A stretch of DNA of 64,000 bases from an uncultured Gemmatimonadaceae bacterium (GCA_963781585.1 CAWAGQ010000008.1:352001-416000); one strand, 5' to 3'. Positions 28,735 to 40,166 are shown, counted from the first letter of the stretch. Notes: generated by a model not told the origin, from the sequence alone. Program-made: numbers and translations.

Positions 28735-30420
28735 TCACTCCCTGTTCAACATCGAATCACGTTTTGCCTTGAACTCCGTTCCGGGCTTCCACTCGGGCCA
28801 GGTGGTGCCTTGCGCGACCCGATACCCCACTTCGAACAGCAATCGCGCGTCGTCAACCGCACCGCTCAGGTCCCAGTCCGGTTTCACCTCGTCGCCTGGC
28901 TTGTGGTAGTCGTTGGCCGTGTATTCATCGCGCTTCGTCCTGCCATAGTCGGCCGGCTTCCCGATGTAGTCGATTCCGGCGTCGGTGTAGAGCGCGGGAA
29001 CACCCTGCTTCGCGAACTCGAAGTGATCCGATCGATAGAAGTAGCCCTTTTCGGGCTCGGGATCGGCAGACAGGGTGCGTTGCTGGGCCTCAGCGGCGGC
29101 GCGGAGGTCGTCGTCGAGGGAAGAGTTCCCGAGTCCGATCACCACGATGTCTGAAGTACGACCCCATTGGTTGATGCCGTCCATGTTGATGTCCGCGAGG
29201 GTGCGATTGAGCGGATAGAGTGGATGCTGTGCGTAATACTTCGAGCCCAGCAGTCCCTTTTCCTCACCGGTCACGGCGAGGAACAGAATGGAGCGTTTCG
29301 GAGCCGTGGGGAGGGCCCGGTAGGCCTTGGCGATCTGAAGCAGGGTGGCGACGCCCGACGCGTTGTCGATGGCGCCGTTGTAGATCTGATCGCCCTTGAG
29401 CGAACTGTCCCTGCCGAGATGATCCCAGTGCGCGGTGTAGATCACGTACTGGTCCTTCAGCGCCGGATCGGAGCCGTCGAGCTTCGCAATCACGTTCCTG
29501 GACTGGATCCGGCGGACCCTGTTCCGGAGATGGAAGGTCGCTGTGCCAAAGAGCGAGAGCGGAACGAAGCTCTTGTCGCGTGCGGCCAGTTTCACAGCAC
29601 CGAAATCCCGACCGGCTGCGGTGAAGAGCTCCCTGGCCTTGTCGGCGGTGATCCAGGCTTCAACGAGGACGCGACTGCTGGCGCCATCGTCGACAATGTC
29701 GAAGTTCTCCCGTGACCAGCTTCCCTTGACGACCTCGTACGGATATCCGGCGGGACCGGTCTCGTGCACGATGATGGCGGCTGCGGCACCATGGCGGCTC
29801 GCCTCCTCGTACTTGTACGTCCAGCGTCCGTAGTAGGTCATCGCCCGGCCCTTGAACATGGTGGAGTCGAGCGACGACGAATCGTCAGGATCGGGGATGG
29901 GCGGGTCGTTGACCAGGATCACGACCGTTTTCCCCTTGACGTCCGCGTCCTTGTAGTCGTCCCACCCGTACTCGGGCGCGACGACGCCGTAACCGACGAA
30001 CACGAGATCGGAGTTGACGACATCCACCTGGGGCTGGTCGCGCCGCGAGACCGCGACGAAGTCGTCGGGAAAAGACGCGCCGACCTTATAGCCGCGGAAG
30101 TTGAACGCCACCGTCGGCGTGCCGGCAAAGCCGATCATCCCCACGTTCTGAATGAACGTGCCGTCGGGATTCCCGGGCTGGAGGCCGAGGGCCTGGAACT
30201 GCCTGGTGAGGTAGGCAACGCTGCTGTCTTCGCCGACGGTGCCCGGGGCGCGTCCTTCGTAGCTGTCAGAGGCGAGCACCCTGATATGGCCAAGCAGACC
30301 GTTTGTGGAAATGCTGTCGAACCCGGGCTGCAAGGCGTCGCGACTCACTGCGGCTCGCTCGCATGCCGAGAGTGCACTGACCAGCACGGCGAAGGCGAAG
30401 AAGAGGGATGGAGTACGCAT
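28735..30420 (-). CDS. M28 family metallopeptidase with PA domain, lipoprotein
   Basis: LSAC lipobox; [38 protein letters not shown]. Confidence 0.92.
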   Translation of the reverse strand: MRTPSLFFAFAVLVSALSACERAAVSRDALQPGFDSISTNGLLGHIRVLASDSYEGRAPGTVGEDSSVAYLTRQFQALGLQPGNPDGTFIQNVGMIGFAGTPTVAFNFRGYKVGASFPDDFVAVSRRDQPQVDVVNSDLVFVGYGVVAPEYGWDDYKDADVKGKTVVILVNDPPIPDPDDSSSLDSTMFKGRAMTYYGRWTYKYEEASRHGAAAAIIVHETGPAGYPYEVVKGSWSRENFDIVDDGASSRVLVEAWITADKARELFTAAGRDFGAVKLAARDKSFVPLSLFGTATFHLRNRVRRIQSRNVIAKLDGSDPALKDQYVIYTAHWDHLGRDSSLKGDQIYNGAIDNASGVATLLQIAKAYRALPTAPKRSILFLAVTGEEKGLLGSKYYAQHPLYPLNRTLADINMDGINQWGRTSDIVVIGLGNSSLDDDLRAAAEAQQRTLSADPEPEKGYFYRSDHFEFAKQGVPALYTDAGIDYIGKPADYGRTKRDEYTANDYHKPGDEVKPDWDLSGAVDDARLLFEVGYRVAQGTTWPEWKPGTEFKAKRDSMLNRE

Positions 30421-30682
30421 GGCTGACATCTGGAACGGGAGGGGTGATGGGTTCAGGTGGCCCGGGAATCGCACGGCGCATTGTCCCCGGGCCAGCGGGG
30501 ATGGCGCGAGGACGCAGGTGCACCATGACGCGCTGCGCCGGATTGGCCACTCGACGCGTACCCATACTGGTATTGCAATTCCGGCGCGGAGACAACCCGG
30601 AGCGGTCTCCAGCAGGCCGCAGCGGCTACATTTCGAGCGGCCGCGGGTTTCCGATACGCCACCATGAGCGGGACAATCACCC

Positions 30683-31147
30683 ATGTACCTTGTCGTCCTC
30701 GGGCTGCATAACCTGATGCGCTGGGTGGTGATCATTACCGGCGGCTGGGCGGTGGCGCTCGCCTGGCGAGGATGGCTGCGGCGCTCGATGTGGTCCGCCA
30801 GGGAATCGCGAGCAGCACGGGTGTTCGTGAGTGCGCTGGATCTGCAGCTGCTCCTGGGGCTGCTCCTGTACGCGGTGCTGAGTCCGTTGACGCGGCGCGG
30901 CTTCGCCGATATGGGCGCGGCGATGCGAGACCCCTCTGTTCGGTACTTCCTGGCGGAGCACGTCGCCATCATGCTGCTTGCCATCATCGTGGCCCACATG
31001 GGCGTGGCGAGAGTGAAGCGGGCCGAGGGTGACGCCGCGAAGTTCCAGACGGCGGCCATCTGGCTCGGCATCGCGCTCGCCGCGATCGTGGGGTTCGTGC
31101 CCTGGGCTCGGCCACTCTTGCCGAGCTTCGGAGGGGTTCCGGGGTAG
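30683..31147 (+). CDS. Four-helix membrane protein with conserved-looking His residues
   Basis: [20 protein letters not shown]...M...AH, PW. Confidence 0.7.
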   Translation: MYLVVLGLHNLMRWVVIITGGWAVALAWRGWLRRSMWSARESRAARVFVSALDLQLLLGLLLYAVLSPLTRRGFADMGAAMRDPSVRYFLAEHVAIMLLAIIVAHMGVARVKRAEGDAAKFQTAAIWLGIALAAIVGFVPWARPLLPSFGGVPG

Positions 31148-31222
31148 CCGAGGTGCACCGGGCCCGGCCCGGGGGAAAGGACGTCCGACAGCAGGCCGGC
31201 CAGGGTGGGGTATCTTACGGAC

Positions 31223-32722
31223 ATGCGAGGATTGTTCGTGGTGGGCCGGCTTTTTCCGTTCGTGATCTCGTTTCTGCGAGACCGACGCCGGTGGCTCATT
31301 GCGGGGAGCCCGATGGCTCGACCGGCGGCGTTTCACGAAGCACGCGCGGAGCGCCTGGTTGCTACGATCGCCGAGCTTGGACCTTCGTTCGTGAAGCTCG
31401 CGCAGGTCTTTTCCGCCCGTGCGGACCTGATCCCCGAACCCTACGTCAGTGTGCTCTCGTCGCTGACGGATCAGGTGCCACCGGTCCCCACTCCACTCAT
31501 CCGGCACGAGGTGGAACGCGCCTACGGCCGCCCGATCGAGGAGGTGTTCGAGCGCTTCGACAACGAACCGCTCGCGGCGGCGTCACTGGGTCAGGTCCAT
31601 CGCGCGCGCTATCGCGGCGAGGAAGTGGTGGTCAAGGTGTTGCGCCCCGGTGTGGAGGCGCTGGTCAGGAAGGATCTCGCAGCGGCGCGGCCGCTCATGC
31701 GGTGGCTCGAGCGCTGGTTCCCGAACGCGCACGTGCGAAACGCGCGGGCGGTGATCGAAGAATTCGCGGTTCGAATCTGGGAGGAGATGGACTTCGTGCA
31801 CGAGGCCGCCAATGCCGAAGAGATCCGGCAGAATTTTCGAGGGAATCGGCGGGTGCTTGTGCCTCGGGTGGTGCACGAACTCGTGCGTCCGCGTGTGCTC
31901 GTGCTCGAGTATCTGGAGGGCACGCGTGTGGACCGTCTGACGCCACCTCCTGGGAATGGGGCGCATGATCCGTACGGTGTGGTAAGCGGGGTGATGGAGC
32001 TGTACCTCGAGATGATGCTGGTGCACGGCTTTTTTCACGCGGATCCGCACCCGGGGAATCTGCAGGTGTCGGCGGACGGAAGGCGGGTGGTCCTGCTCGA
32101 TTTCGGCATGGTGGTGCGCGTGCCCCGGGAGATGCGCTGGCATCTGGTAGCAACGGTCTTCGCGGCCATACGACGAGATGTCGACGGAGTCGTGGCCGGA
32201 TTCAGGGCGCTAGGCGTAATCGAGCCCGGAGCGGATCCGGAGCAGATTCGCGAGCTGGCCGTGCGACTCATGGCCATCGCCTACGATCCGTCGTCGATGC
32301 AGGAACGGATTCAACTGCTGGCGGATGAGGTGATGGCAACTCTCTACGACTGGCCGGTGCGGCTGCCGAGCGAACTGGTATACTTTGCCCGAACCACGAC
32401 GCTGATCGAAGGGCTTGGGGTGCGCTACGATACCCATTTCAACCCGATCACCTTCGCCGGGCCGATCGCGCTCCGGCTCCGTGGTCGGATCCTCCACTCG
32501 TTGGGCCAGGGCGACCCGCCACCGATCGACATGGCAACGGTGGTAGGTGAAGTCCTGGGCCGAGTGGCCGGGTATATGGTGCGCGCCGGAAGGGACCTGG
32601 CTTCGCGGCTATCACGGGAAATCCGTTCAGTGGGAGAGCAGGCCCTTGCTGGATCGCCGCCAGGTCAAAACGGCGACGGCCGCGGCGCGGACGACATGCC
32701 CAAGCTGTTAGCCGGCGACTAG
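31223..32722 (+). CDS. ABC1/UbiB family atypical kinase
   Basis: [43 protein letters not shown]. Confidence 0.92.
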   Translation: MRGLFVVGRLFPFVISFLRDRRRWLIAGSPMARPAAFHEARAERLVATIAELGPSFVKLAQVFSARADLIPEPYVSVLSSLTDQVPPVPTPLIRHEVERAYGRPIEEVFERFDNEPLAAASLGQVHRARYRGEEVVVKVLRPGVEALVRKDLAAARPLMRWLERWFPNAHVRNARAVIEEFAVRIWEEMDFVHEAANAEEIRQNFRGNRRVLVPRVVHELVRPRVLVLEYLEGTRVDRLTPPPGNGAHDPYGVVSGVMELYLEMMLVHGFFHADPHPGNLQVSADGRRVVLLDFGMVVRVPREMRWHLVATVFAAIRRDVDGVVAGFRALGVIEPGADPEQIRELAVRLMAIAYDPSSMQERIQLLADEVMATLYDWPVRLPSELVYFARTTTLIEGLGVRYDTHFNPITFAGPIALRLRGRILHSLGQGDPPPIDMATVVGEVLGRVAGYMVRAGRDLASRLSREIRSVGEQALAGSPPGQNGDGRGADDMPKLLAGD

Positions 32723-32725
32723 TGG

Positions 32726-34027
32726 ATGCAGCAGCCCCCGTCGACACCCTCCATGACCAGCCTGGCGGCTCCGCGAACACTCTGGCGACGTGCATCGCGA
32801 CCACTTCTCGCGGCCGCGATCTGTGTCCTGACGGCCGCGCTCCGCGACGCGCCAGTCGGCCCCACGCCGAGGGAGGGAGCGACGCACGCGCGGGTTCGAC
32901 TCGGGATCGAGGTGCTGCTGACGGACTCGCTGGATCTGGTGCGGGGGAAACGGGTAGGCCTCATCACGAATCAGACCAGCGTCACGCCCGATGGCCGGAG
33001 TACGATCGACCTGCTGTTTCATGCACCGGGTGTGCGCCTGACCGCGCTGTTCGCCCCGGAGCATGGCCTGCGTGGCCAGGGGGCCGCGGGCGAGCGAATC
33101 GAATCGGGTACGGATTCAGCTACCGGCGTGCCGGTGTATTCGTTGTACGGCGAGACTCGCGTTCCCACGCCGGAGATGCTCCGGAACGTGGATGTCCTGG
33201 TCTACGACATCCAGGATGTGGGCGCGCGCGTGTACACGTTCGAGTGGACGATGGCGCTCGCGGCCCAGGCCGGAAAGCGGAAGTTCATCGTACTCGACCG
33301 TCCGAATCCGATACGTGGCGATCGAGTGGAAGGCGGCGTGCTGGATACCGCGTTTCGCTCGTTCGTGGGCCAGTATCCAGTGGCGATGCGTTACGGTCTG
33401 ACGCCGGGGGAGTTGCTTCGGTATCTGGTCGGTACCGGGCAGGTGGACGCCGATGTCACAGTCGTGCCGATGCAGGGATGGCATCGCGCGATGTGGTGGG
33501 AGGAGACGGGCCTTCCCTGGCACAACCCCTCTCCCAATATCCGTTCGGTGGATGCAGCCCTGGTGTACAGCGGCACGGTCTTCTTCGAAGGCACCAACCT
33601 GAGCGAGGGTCGCGGAACGGCGTTTCCGTTCCAACTCGTCGGAGCCGGGTGGCTTGGCGATGCCGGCGCGATTGCCCGTGAACTGAACGGCAAGCGCATT
33701 CCGGGCGTGGTGTTCGACTCGAGCGTGGTCACGGTTGAGGAAGGGCAGAAGTGGGGTGGACAGCGGATTCCCATGCTTGTCGTATCGGTGGCAGACCGCA
33801 CGGCCCTCAGGCCGCATCAAGTCGGCTTGGAAATGCTTCGCGCGATCTATCGGCGGCACCCCCGGGAATTTCAATGGAATCGAGCGGCGATCGACCGGCT
33901 CGCGGGCTCCGATCGAGTGAGGAAGGCTGTCGAGACGGATGGCGGGATCGAGGCGTTGATACCGCTGCTCGATGCCGAGTCTCGTGAATTTGCGGACAGC
34001 GTGCGGCCCTATCTGCTGTACCCGTAG
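32726..34027 (+). CDS. namZ: Exo-beta-N-acetylmuramidase NamZ (DUF1343) family
   Basis: VGLITNQT, LFAPEHG, YSLYG, DIQDVGAR.YT, LDRPNP, PSPN, EGTNLSEGRGT. Confidence 0.9.
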   Translation: MQQPPSTPSMTSLAAPRTLWRRASRPLLAAAICVLTAALRDAPVGPTPREGATHARVRLGIEVLLTDSLDLVRGKRVGLITNQTSVTPDGRSTIDLLFHAPGVRLTALFAPEHGLRGQGAAGERIESGTDSATGVPVYSLYGETRVPTPEMLRNVDVLVYDIQDVGARVYTFEWTMALAAQAGKRKFIVLDRPNPIRGDRVEGGVLDTAFRSFVGQYPVAMRYGLTPGELLRYLVGTGQVDADVTVVPMQGWHRAMWWEETGLPWHNPSPNIRSVDAALVYSGTVFFEGTNLSEGRGTAFPFQLVGAGWLGDAGAIARELNGKRIPGVVFDSSVVTVEEGQKWGGQRIPMLVVSVADRTALRPHQVGLEMLRAIYRRHPREFQWNRAAIDRLAGSDRVRKAVETDGGIEALIPLLDAESREFADSVRPYLLYP

Positions 34028-34369
34028 CAACCCTCGTCCGGCCTGGCGTTGTGCTGGCCGCACGGGGAGGTGTCGCGTCAGCTCGCCCGGGGCAGTTCCC
34101 GCGCCCTCGCATACGGCATGGCGTTGCGATCGACGACGGGCGGTCGGACGAAGTTGACGTCTGACATGGGTCGAGGGTGAGCAGCGTTTCGGTCCTTGGT
34201 ATCGGCTCGTCGTTTTGATGACTGGACTTCCGCGGACCGGACACCGAAGATGGGGTGCTTGGGGTTGGCGTTACGCCGTGGTCCGTGTTAGCAGCCGCCA
34301 ATATTGCCGGGCCAACGCGCTTGGAGGCCCGGTGTTCTCATTTCCCAGCGTGCGACCCGGTCGCCATTC

Positions 34370-35251
34370 GTGAAACTGAGCTTCGTGAGCTTGGCCCCGT
34401 GGATCGCGCTGGTGGTCGTCCTCGGCATCACGGGGATGCTGGCGATCGTGCGGCGCCCGAAGCGCGGGTCGGCTCAGCGCCCCTCGGAGCCGACTGTTGC
34501 GGCGACCGAGACAGACGACCGCATGGTCCAGCGTTCATATGCACTGGATGCATTGGGAGAGGGTGTCCTGATCCTGGATCGTGATGGGCGGGTGAAAGAC
34601 TGCAACAGCTCGGCGTTGACGCTGTTCGACAGGCATCGGGCGGGCATGGAGGGGCAGTTCGCGGTCACGCTGCGCCGCTTCGAGGGTCTGGACCAGAGTG
34701 ATCCGCACCGGGTGGCGTCGGAGCATGCAGTGTGGGCGGGAGAGGCGTGGGCGCGCCAGCCCGATGGAGGTGTGAAGCTCTGTCTGTCCCGTGTGATCGC
34801 GGTGCGCGATGGCCGGGCCCGGGTGACCGGGTACGTTGAGTCATTTCGCGATGTGACGGCGGAGCGCGCAGTGAGCGAGGAGTTCCGGGATCTGTTGTAT
34901 GGGGTACGGGCTTTCGATTCCATTTCGTCAACGCCGCAGGAGTCGGTACGGGCAGTTCAGGATGAGCTTCGGGTGCTGAGCGAGGCATTTCGCGATCTCG
35001 ACCTCGTCGTCCGGCAGTATGAGCGGTTGCTGCCGGCCCTGCGCGCCGATGATCCGCTCACCGAGTCGATCGCGGGGCTGGCTCATGAGGCCCGTGCGGT
35101 AGTTGCATCGGTGGGGGTTCCGGCGCTGCTCGAGGAAATCCCTCGCGCGCTCGCCCGCCTGCGCAGCCACATGCAGCGGGTGGCGCTGGACGCCACGACG
35201 CCTGATGCGGAGCCGACCCAGCTGGATGGAGGGGTTCGGGAAGAAGACTGA
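34370..35251 (+). CDS. Membrane-anchored PAS-domain protein with helical C-terminus
   Basis: N-terminal TM; LDALGEGVLILDRDGRV..CN; W.GE...R.PDG; FRDVT; start uncertain. Confidence 0.75.
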   Translation: MKLSFVSLAPWIALVVVLGITGMLAIVRRPKRGSAQRPSEPTVAATETDDRMVQRSYALDALGEGVLILDRDGRVKDCNSSALTLFDRHRAGMEGQFAVTLRRFEGLDQSDPHRVASEHAVWAGEAWARQPDGGVKLCLSRVIAVRDGRARVTGYVESFRDVTAERAVSEEFRDLLYGVRAFDSISSTPQESVRAVQDELRVLSEAFRDLDLVVRQYERLLPALRADDPLTESIAGLAHEARAVVASVGVPALLEEIPRALARLRSHMQRVALDATTPDAEPTQLDGGVREED

Positions 35252-35328
35252 CCGGGAGGTGGCTGCCGATTCACCGGAACGGCGCCTAGGTTCCCGGTCT
35301 TGCCGCGTCGGCACCTACTTTCCGGCCC

Positions 35329-37029
35329 GTGCTCGCGTCCCTTCCCGAATCTCCGCAAGCGATTGCCGCGGCCTCCTGGCCCGACCTGGCGCCCTACTAC
35401 GACGGGCTCGCCACCGTTGGTCTGGGGCCTAACGATGCCGAGTCGTGGCTCCGGAGCTGGTCGTGCCTGGAGGAGGTGATCGACGAGGCCGGTACGTTGG
35501 CGATGATCGCGTACACGTGTGACACGACCGACCTGGAGAAGGAGGCTGCGAATCTCCGCTGGTCCGCCGAGATCTTTCCCAAGGTCGGAGAGCAGCAGGT
35601 ACGGCTGGCGAAGCGGCTGATCGCGCTCGGCTACACGCGGCCGGATCTGGAGACCGTGATCCGCGGTTTTCGCACGGACATCGAGATCTTCCGCGAGGAG
35701 AACGTGCCGCTGTTCTCGCAGATCGAGGAATTGGTGGCCGCGTACCAGAAGATCACCGGAGGGCTGGAGGTGGAGTGGGACGGCCAGAAGAAGACCGTTC
35801 CGCAGCTGCAGCCGTATCTCAAGGAGCGAGATCGCGGGATCCGGGAGCGGGCGTTTCGGGTGGGGACGGAGGCCTACGCAAGCCGGCGGCAGGAGATGGC
35901 CTCGTTGTTCGACCGGATGTACGAGCTGCGGCAGCAGGTTGCGCGCAACGCGGGGTTCCCGGACTACCAGGCGTATGTGTTCAGGGCCAAGCACCGGTTC
36001 GACTATTCGCCCGCGGATTGTGCGACGTTTCACCAGGCGGTCGAGGAGACGGTCGTCCCTGCAGTGGAGCGGCTGATGGACTACCGTCGGCAGCGACTCG
36101 GAGTGGACGCGTTGCGGCCATGGGATACGCAGGTTGAACTGGAGTCGTCACGGCCGGTGAAGCCTTTCGACTCGATCGGGGGATTCATCGGACCGGCGAT
36201 CCGGATGTTCCGTGCGCTCGACGGTGAGCTCGGGGCGGCGTTCCAACGCATGGCCGACGAGGGTCTGCTCGACCTCGAGAGTCGGTCAGGCAAGGCACCT
36301 GGCGGATACTGCACAAAACTCGCCTGGCGCGGCGTGCCGTTCATCTTCATGAACGCGGTGGGGGTTCCGGATGATGTGAACACCCTGGTGCACGAGGCGG
36401 GTCATTGCTTCCACGACTTTGCCGCCCACGGCCAACCGTTCATCTGGCAGCGCAGTGTGGGACATGAAGCCGCCGAGCTGGCCTCGATGAGCATGGAGCT
36501 GCTGGCGGCCGCCCATCTGGCAGAGCCAACGGGATATTACACGTCGGATGAGGCGCGGTCGGTTCAGATCGAGCATCTCGAGGACGTGCTGGTGAGCCTG
36601 GCCCACATCGCGAGCGTGGATGCCTACCAGCGGTGGATCTACACCAGCGGACAGGGAGGCGATGCTGCGGCACGTGACGCGGCATGGCTGGCGATCCGGG
36701 CCCGCTTCGAACACGGCGTGGACTGGCGTGGCCTGGAGCGTGAGCGCGTGGCACGGTGGTATCGGCAGCTGCACATCTTCGAGTATCCGTTCTACTACAT
36801 CGAGTACGGGATCGCCCAGCTGGGCGCGTTGCAGCTGTGGCGCGCGAGCCTCGGCGACCCCGGGGGGGTGGTGGAGCGGTACAAGCAGGCACTCGCGTTA
36901 GGCGGTACCCGCTCCCTGCCGGAGATCTACCGGACCGCGGGGGCGCGGCTCATTTTTGACGCCGCCGGCATGGGGGAGCTGGTGGCGCTGGTGGAGCGGC
37001 GGATCGCAGAGCTTCGGGCCGCCGGGTAG
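35329..37029 (+). CDS. M3 family oligoendopeptidase
   Basis: GKAPGGY, HEAGH, AELASMSME, HIF..PFYYIEY. Confidence 0.93.
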   Translation: MLASLPESPQAIAAASWPDLAPYYDGLATVGLGPNDAESWLRSWSCLEEVIDEAGTLAMIAYTCDTTDLEKEAANLRWSAEIFPKVGEQQVRLAKRLIALGYTRPDLETVIRGFRTDIEIFREENVPLFSQIEELVAAYQKITGGLEVEWDGQKKTVPQLQPYLKERDRGIRERAFRVGTEAYASRRQEMASLFDRMYELRQQVARNAGFPDYQAYVFRAKHRFDYSPADCATFHQAVEETVVPAVERLMDYRRQRLGVDALRPWDTQVELESSRPVKPFDSIGGFIGPAIRMFRALDGELGAAFQRMADEGLLDLESRSGKAPGGYCTKLAWRGVPFIFMNAVGVPDDVNTLVHEAGHCFHDFAAHGQPFIWQRSVGHEAAELASMSMELLAAAHLAEPTGYYTSDEARSVQIEHLEDVLVSLAHIASVDAYQRWIYTSGQGGDAAARDAAWLAIRARFEHGVDWRGLERERVARWYRQLHIFEYPFYYIEYGIAQLGALQLWRASLGDPGGVVERYKQALALGGTRSLPEIYRTAGARLIFDAAGMGELVALVERRIAELRAAG

Positions 37030-37217
37030 GCACGCGATGGTCGTGCCCGAGCGCACGGCGATGGTCCTGTGGCTGGAAGAGATGCTTGCCGCAACCGCGG
37101 CCGCGTGACAGGCTATCGTGGTGATTGTTCGCTGTGCCGGCCGGTGACGGACCGACACAGCACGTTGCCGGCGGACCCGACCCGTCGCCGGAGTCTCAAC
37201 CTGAGCGCGCATCGTCC

Positions 37218-37727
37218 ATGCTCACCACCACAGTCGCCGGAATGCTGACCCGCGAGCTCCGCACGTTTCAGCGTGAGTTGGAGGCATACCCGGACGAAGC
37301 CCAGATCTGGCAGATGCACCCGGCACTTCCCAATACCACGGGGACACTCGCGCTGCATGCGGCCGGGAACCTGCTCCACTTTGTCGGAGCGGTGCTGGGG
37401 AACACCGGGTACGTCCGGAACCGCGATGGCGAATTTCATCGCCGCGACGTGGCTCGTGCGGAACTGATCCGCGAACTGGAGCGGGCGGTCGAGGTGGTGC
37501 AGCAGTCGCTCGCGTCGGTGACCGATGCAAAGCTCGAGGACTGGTATCCACTTCCCGTGGCAGGATGCCGGGTACGGACCGGTGAGTTCCTGGTGCATCT
37601 GGCGGTGCATCTCGGATATCACCTTGGCCAGGCCGATTTTCATCGCCGCATCATTACGGGCGAAGCTCGAGGAACCGGCGCTGTCTCCCCGACTGAGCTT
37701 CCGGGCGCGGTTCCGGTTGATGCATGA
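37218..37727 (+). CDS. DinB/DUF1572-like protein
   Basis: N..GTLALH..GNL.H, Y.RNRD.EF, HL..HLGYHLGQ. Confidence 0.82.
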   Translation: MLTTTVAGMLTRELRTFQRELEAYPDEAQIWQMHPALPNTTGTLALHAAGNLLHFVGAVLGNTGYVRNRDGEFHRRDVARAELIRELERAVEVVQQSLASVTDAKLEDWYPLPVAGCRVRTGEFLVHLAVHLGYHLGQADFHRRIITGEARGTGAVSPTELPGAVPVDA

Positions 37728-37815
37728 CCATGCCACATGCCACCCCAACATCGCTCCGGGGTATGTGGCGGGCTCAGGTTGCACGCGTTTTCTCACCACG
37801 ACAGGATTGGCGGTC

Positions 37816-38271
37816 ATGCGCATGCTGCGGAAAGTCCTGATGCCGGCGCTGGTGCTGGCCGGCACATCGTGCCTCAACCTCGACAGCCCGCCGGAAGACA
37901 ACGTCGTGCTGAGTATCGGCGTCTCCAATCAGACGCCTCAGGTGGGAGAGCAGATCGACATCACCATCACCGCCACCAACGATGCGAAAGAGGGGGTGAC
38001 GTTGCAGGGGGCGAGCGACTGCCTTCTGTTCTTCCAGGTACGTGACTCCCGGAACGGAGTGCTGATGTACGCGTCGACCGACGGGTGCACGGGCGCCACG
38101 ACCTCGGAGGCCCTTCCTGCCGGCGGCCACCGATCGGGGACATTGCAATGGGATGGGCGGACGGGTGCTGGCTCGTTCGTTCCTCCCGGATCGTATATCA
38201 TCGTTCCCGGCGCCTCGCTCTCGACTGGCGCGATTCTCGGTCTGCCGATCACGGTGCAGCTGGTGGACTAG
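37816..38271 (+). CDS. Lipoprotein with Ig-like (BsuPI/FlgD-like) domain
   Basis: LAGTSC lipobox; WDGRTGAGSFVPPGSY. Confidence 0.65.
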   Translation: MRMLRKVLMPALVLAGTSCLNLDSPPEDNVVLSIGVSNQTPQVGEQIDITITATNDAKEGVTLQGASDCLLFFQVRDSRNGVLMYASTDGCTGATTSEALPAGGHRSGTLQWDGRTGAGSFVPPGSYIIVPGASLSTGAILGLPITVQLVD

Positions 38272-38432
38272 CGCCCTGTCGGCGGCGTGCAGCTGTCGGG
38301 GTGAGGAGGAAGCACGGTTCCGTGCCGGTGGGCCCGCGGCGCGGTGGATGGGGCCGGCGTCGCCGGCGACGGGCGGATTGCAGCCGGGCTGCGCCCATTT
38401 CGGGTCGGCATACCTAACGAGGACAGGAGACG

Positions 38433-38771
38433 ATGCGAGCATCCATGGTGACAATGTCGATGTCGCTGGACGGGTACGTGGTGGAGGAGACGCTTGGCGT
38501 GGTGCGCGGCATCGTGGTGCGTTCCCGCTCGGTGTTCGGGACGGTGGGGGCGAAGCTCCAGACGTTGCTGGGCGGGAACATCACGCTGCTGACCGAGCTC
38601 TGCGAGCGAACGCGCGCCGACGCCTTCGCCCAGATGATCAGCCACGCCGAGTTGTTAGGCGCGAACGCGGTGCTCTGTGTGCGGTACGACGCCACGGAGA
38701 TCATGCAGGGCGTGACCGAGGTGCTGTGCTACGGCACGGCCGTTCGGGCGGCCCCGGCCCCGGTGCGGTAG
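38433..38771 (+). CDS. YbjQ/UPF0145 family protein
   Basis: LGVVRG, GG.I...TEL...R..A, GANAV..VRYD, YGTAV. Confidence 0.9.
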   Translation: MRASMVTMSMSLDGYVVEETLGVVRGIVVRSRSVFGTVGAKLQTLLGGNITLLTELCERTRADAFAQMISHAELLGANAVLCVRYDATEIMQGVTEVLCYGTAVRAAPAPVR

Positions 38772-39000
38772 CGGGGACGGCGGGGGGCGGGGCGGTTCGG
38801 GAGCGGCGGTTCCCCGGGCCGGGGGACCTAACGGTGGCGTGCCTCACGAGAGGCGGCGGCCGGGTTCGCGCGCCAGCCGGGGATGGTGTATACTTGTGCC
38901 ACACGGATCGGGTCCCGGAGTTGCGGGCCGACAGGCGGTACTCACCTTCACTCGCCGCTCTGCCGTCGTAAGGCGGAAGCGGCACTTCCGGAGCACTGTC

Positions 39001-39276
39001 ATGGCGAAGCGCAAGGCGAAGGCCGCGAAGCGCGGCACCGGGGCGGCGAAGCGGACGACACGCAGGGCCAGGACCGCGTCGATTGCCGGCATCAGCCGGA
39101 TCGATCAGGTGTCGACTCGCACGCACGGCTACTTCGTCCGCGTCGGCTATCATCGCACCCGGGACGGCGCCTGGCGGCCCCGCCATCGGGCGTTCTTCGG
39201 GGACGCGAGCCACGGCGGCAAGATGAAGGCACTCAAGGCGGCGACCAAGTGGCTCAAGAGCGTCTCGAAGAAGTAG
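39001..39276 (+). CDS. Small basic protein with AP2-like DNA-binding domain
   Basis: K/R/A-rich N-tail, then GISRID....HGYFVR...FF.D..HGGK.KAL.AA..W. Confidence 0.7.
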   Translation: MAKRKAKAAKRGTGAAKRTTRRARTASIAGISRIDQVSTRTHGYFVRVGYHRTRDGAWRPRHRAFFGDASHGGKMKALKAATKWLKSVSKK

Positions 39277-39389
39277 CGTGATGACCCGCGCGCCCGCCGG
39301 ATCGCGCGCGGGCGATCGGGATTTTGCGACACCGCCTGATCACGAGTTCTGCCCGGGCCGCTTCCCCGGCGGCCCGGGGACGTGATGCC

Positions 39390-39713
39390 ATGAGCCTGGA
39401 AGGTGGCAGGCCGGTGGACGAGTCGCCCGAACGCCTGCTGGGACGCTGGCGGCTGCTGCGCGCCGACGCCTCGCTCTCCTTCGCGCCGGACGTGCGGATG
39501 GAGTTCCGCAGTGGCGGCCGGTTGCTCTACGAATTCGCGGCGGGGGCGCGACGCCAGGTGGTGCGGCTGCTCTATCGCGTCGATGGCGAGACGCTGCGCA
39601 CCGATAACCCCAGCGCCCAGCACGAGCTCAGCACGCACTTCCACTTCGGCGCAGGCGGGGTTCTGGTATTCGATTTCGCCGGCGCATGCGCCTGGTTCGT
39701 ACGGGAACTGTAA
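39390..39713 (+). CDS. Hypothetical protein (lipocalin-like strand pattern)
   Basis: LLGRWRLL, MEFRSGG.L.Y, YRVDGETL. Confidence 0.6.
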   Translation: MSLEGGRPVDESPERLLGRWRLLRADASLSFAPDVRMEFRSGGRLLYEFAAGARRQVVRLLYRVDGETLRTDNPSAQHELSTHFHFGAGGVLVFDFAGACAWFVREL

Positions 39714-39944
39714 CGACGCGCCAGTCCCTGGCCGCGAGGGGTGATATGCCGTCTCGCATCGGCGATCCGGGGTCCGGGCTGCGGACAGGATCGGCCGCGG
39801 GGGGTCTGCTGGTGCCAACGGGCTCCGGGTAAATTGTGTCGGAGGGCTCCGTGAAGTGGATGCACGCCGCGGTCTCCCTCCCGCCGTGCCAGCTGGTCCG
39901 GGTGACAGTGCGGATCTCCAACAGCCGCCTTCCGCGGTCCATCC

Positions 39945-40166
39945 ATGGCCATCTTCCGTAAATCGATCTTCAAGACCGAATGCGATGAATGCGGGAAGCC
40001 CTTCCCGATCAACAGCGGAGGGGTGTGCGAGCGATGTCGCCGCATTCTCTGCAACCAGCACCTGCACGGGTCGGTGGCAAGGCGCGCCGCGATCGCCTTC
40101 GGCGCGCCGTACGTCTGCGTTCAGTGCCGGATGGGGGGCGCAGGGGGGCCGGAGCAGGGTCGATGA
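39945..40166 (+). CDS. Small Cys/His zinc-finger protein
   Basis: CDEC, CERC, C..H, CVQC; ATGA overlap with the next gene. Confidence 0.65.
   Translation: MAIFRKSIFKTECDECGKPFPINSGGVCERCRRILCNQHLHGSVARRAAIAFGAPYVCVQCRMGGAGGPEQGR

Noticed and set aside
30421..31299. N-terminal extension of the 854-aa minus-strand ORF
   Set aside because: Overlaps two better plus-strand genes; the M28 lipoprotein signal begins near 30420
38773..38801. G-quadruplex-like G-run cluster after ybjQ
   Set aside because: Expected by chance at this GC content; no supporting evidence
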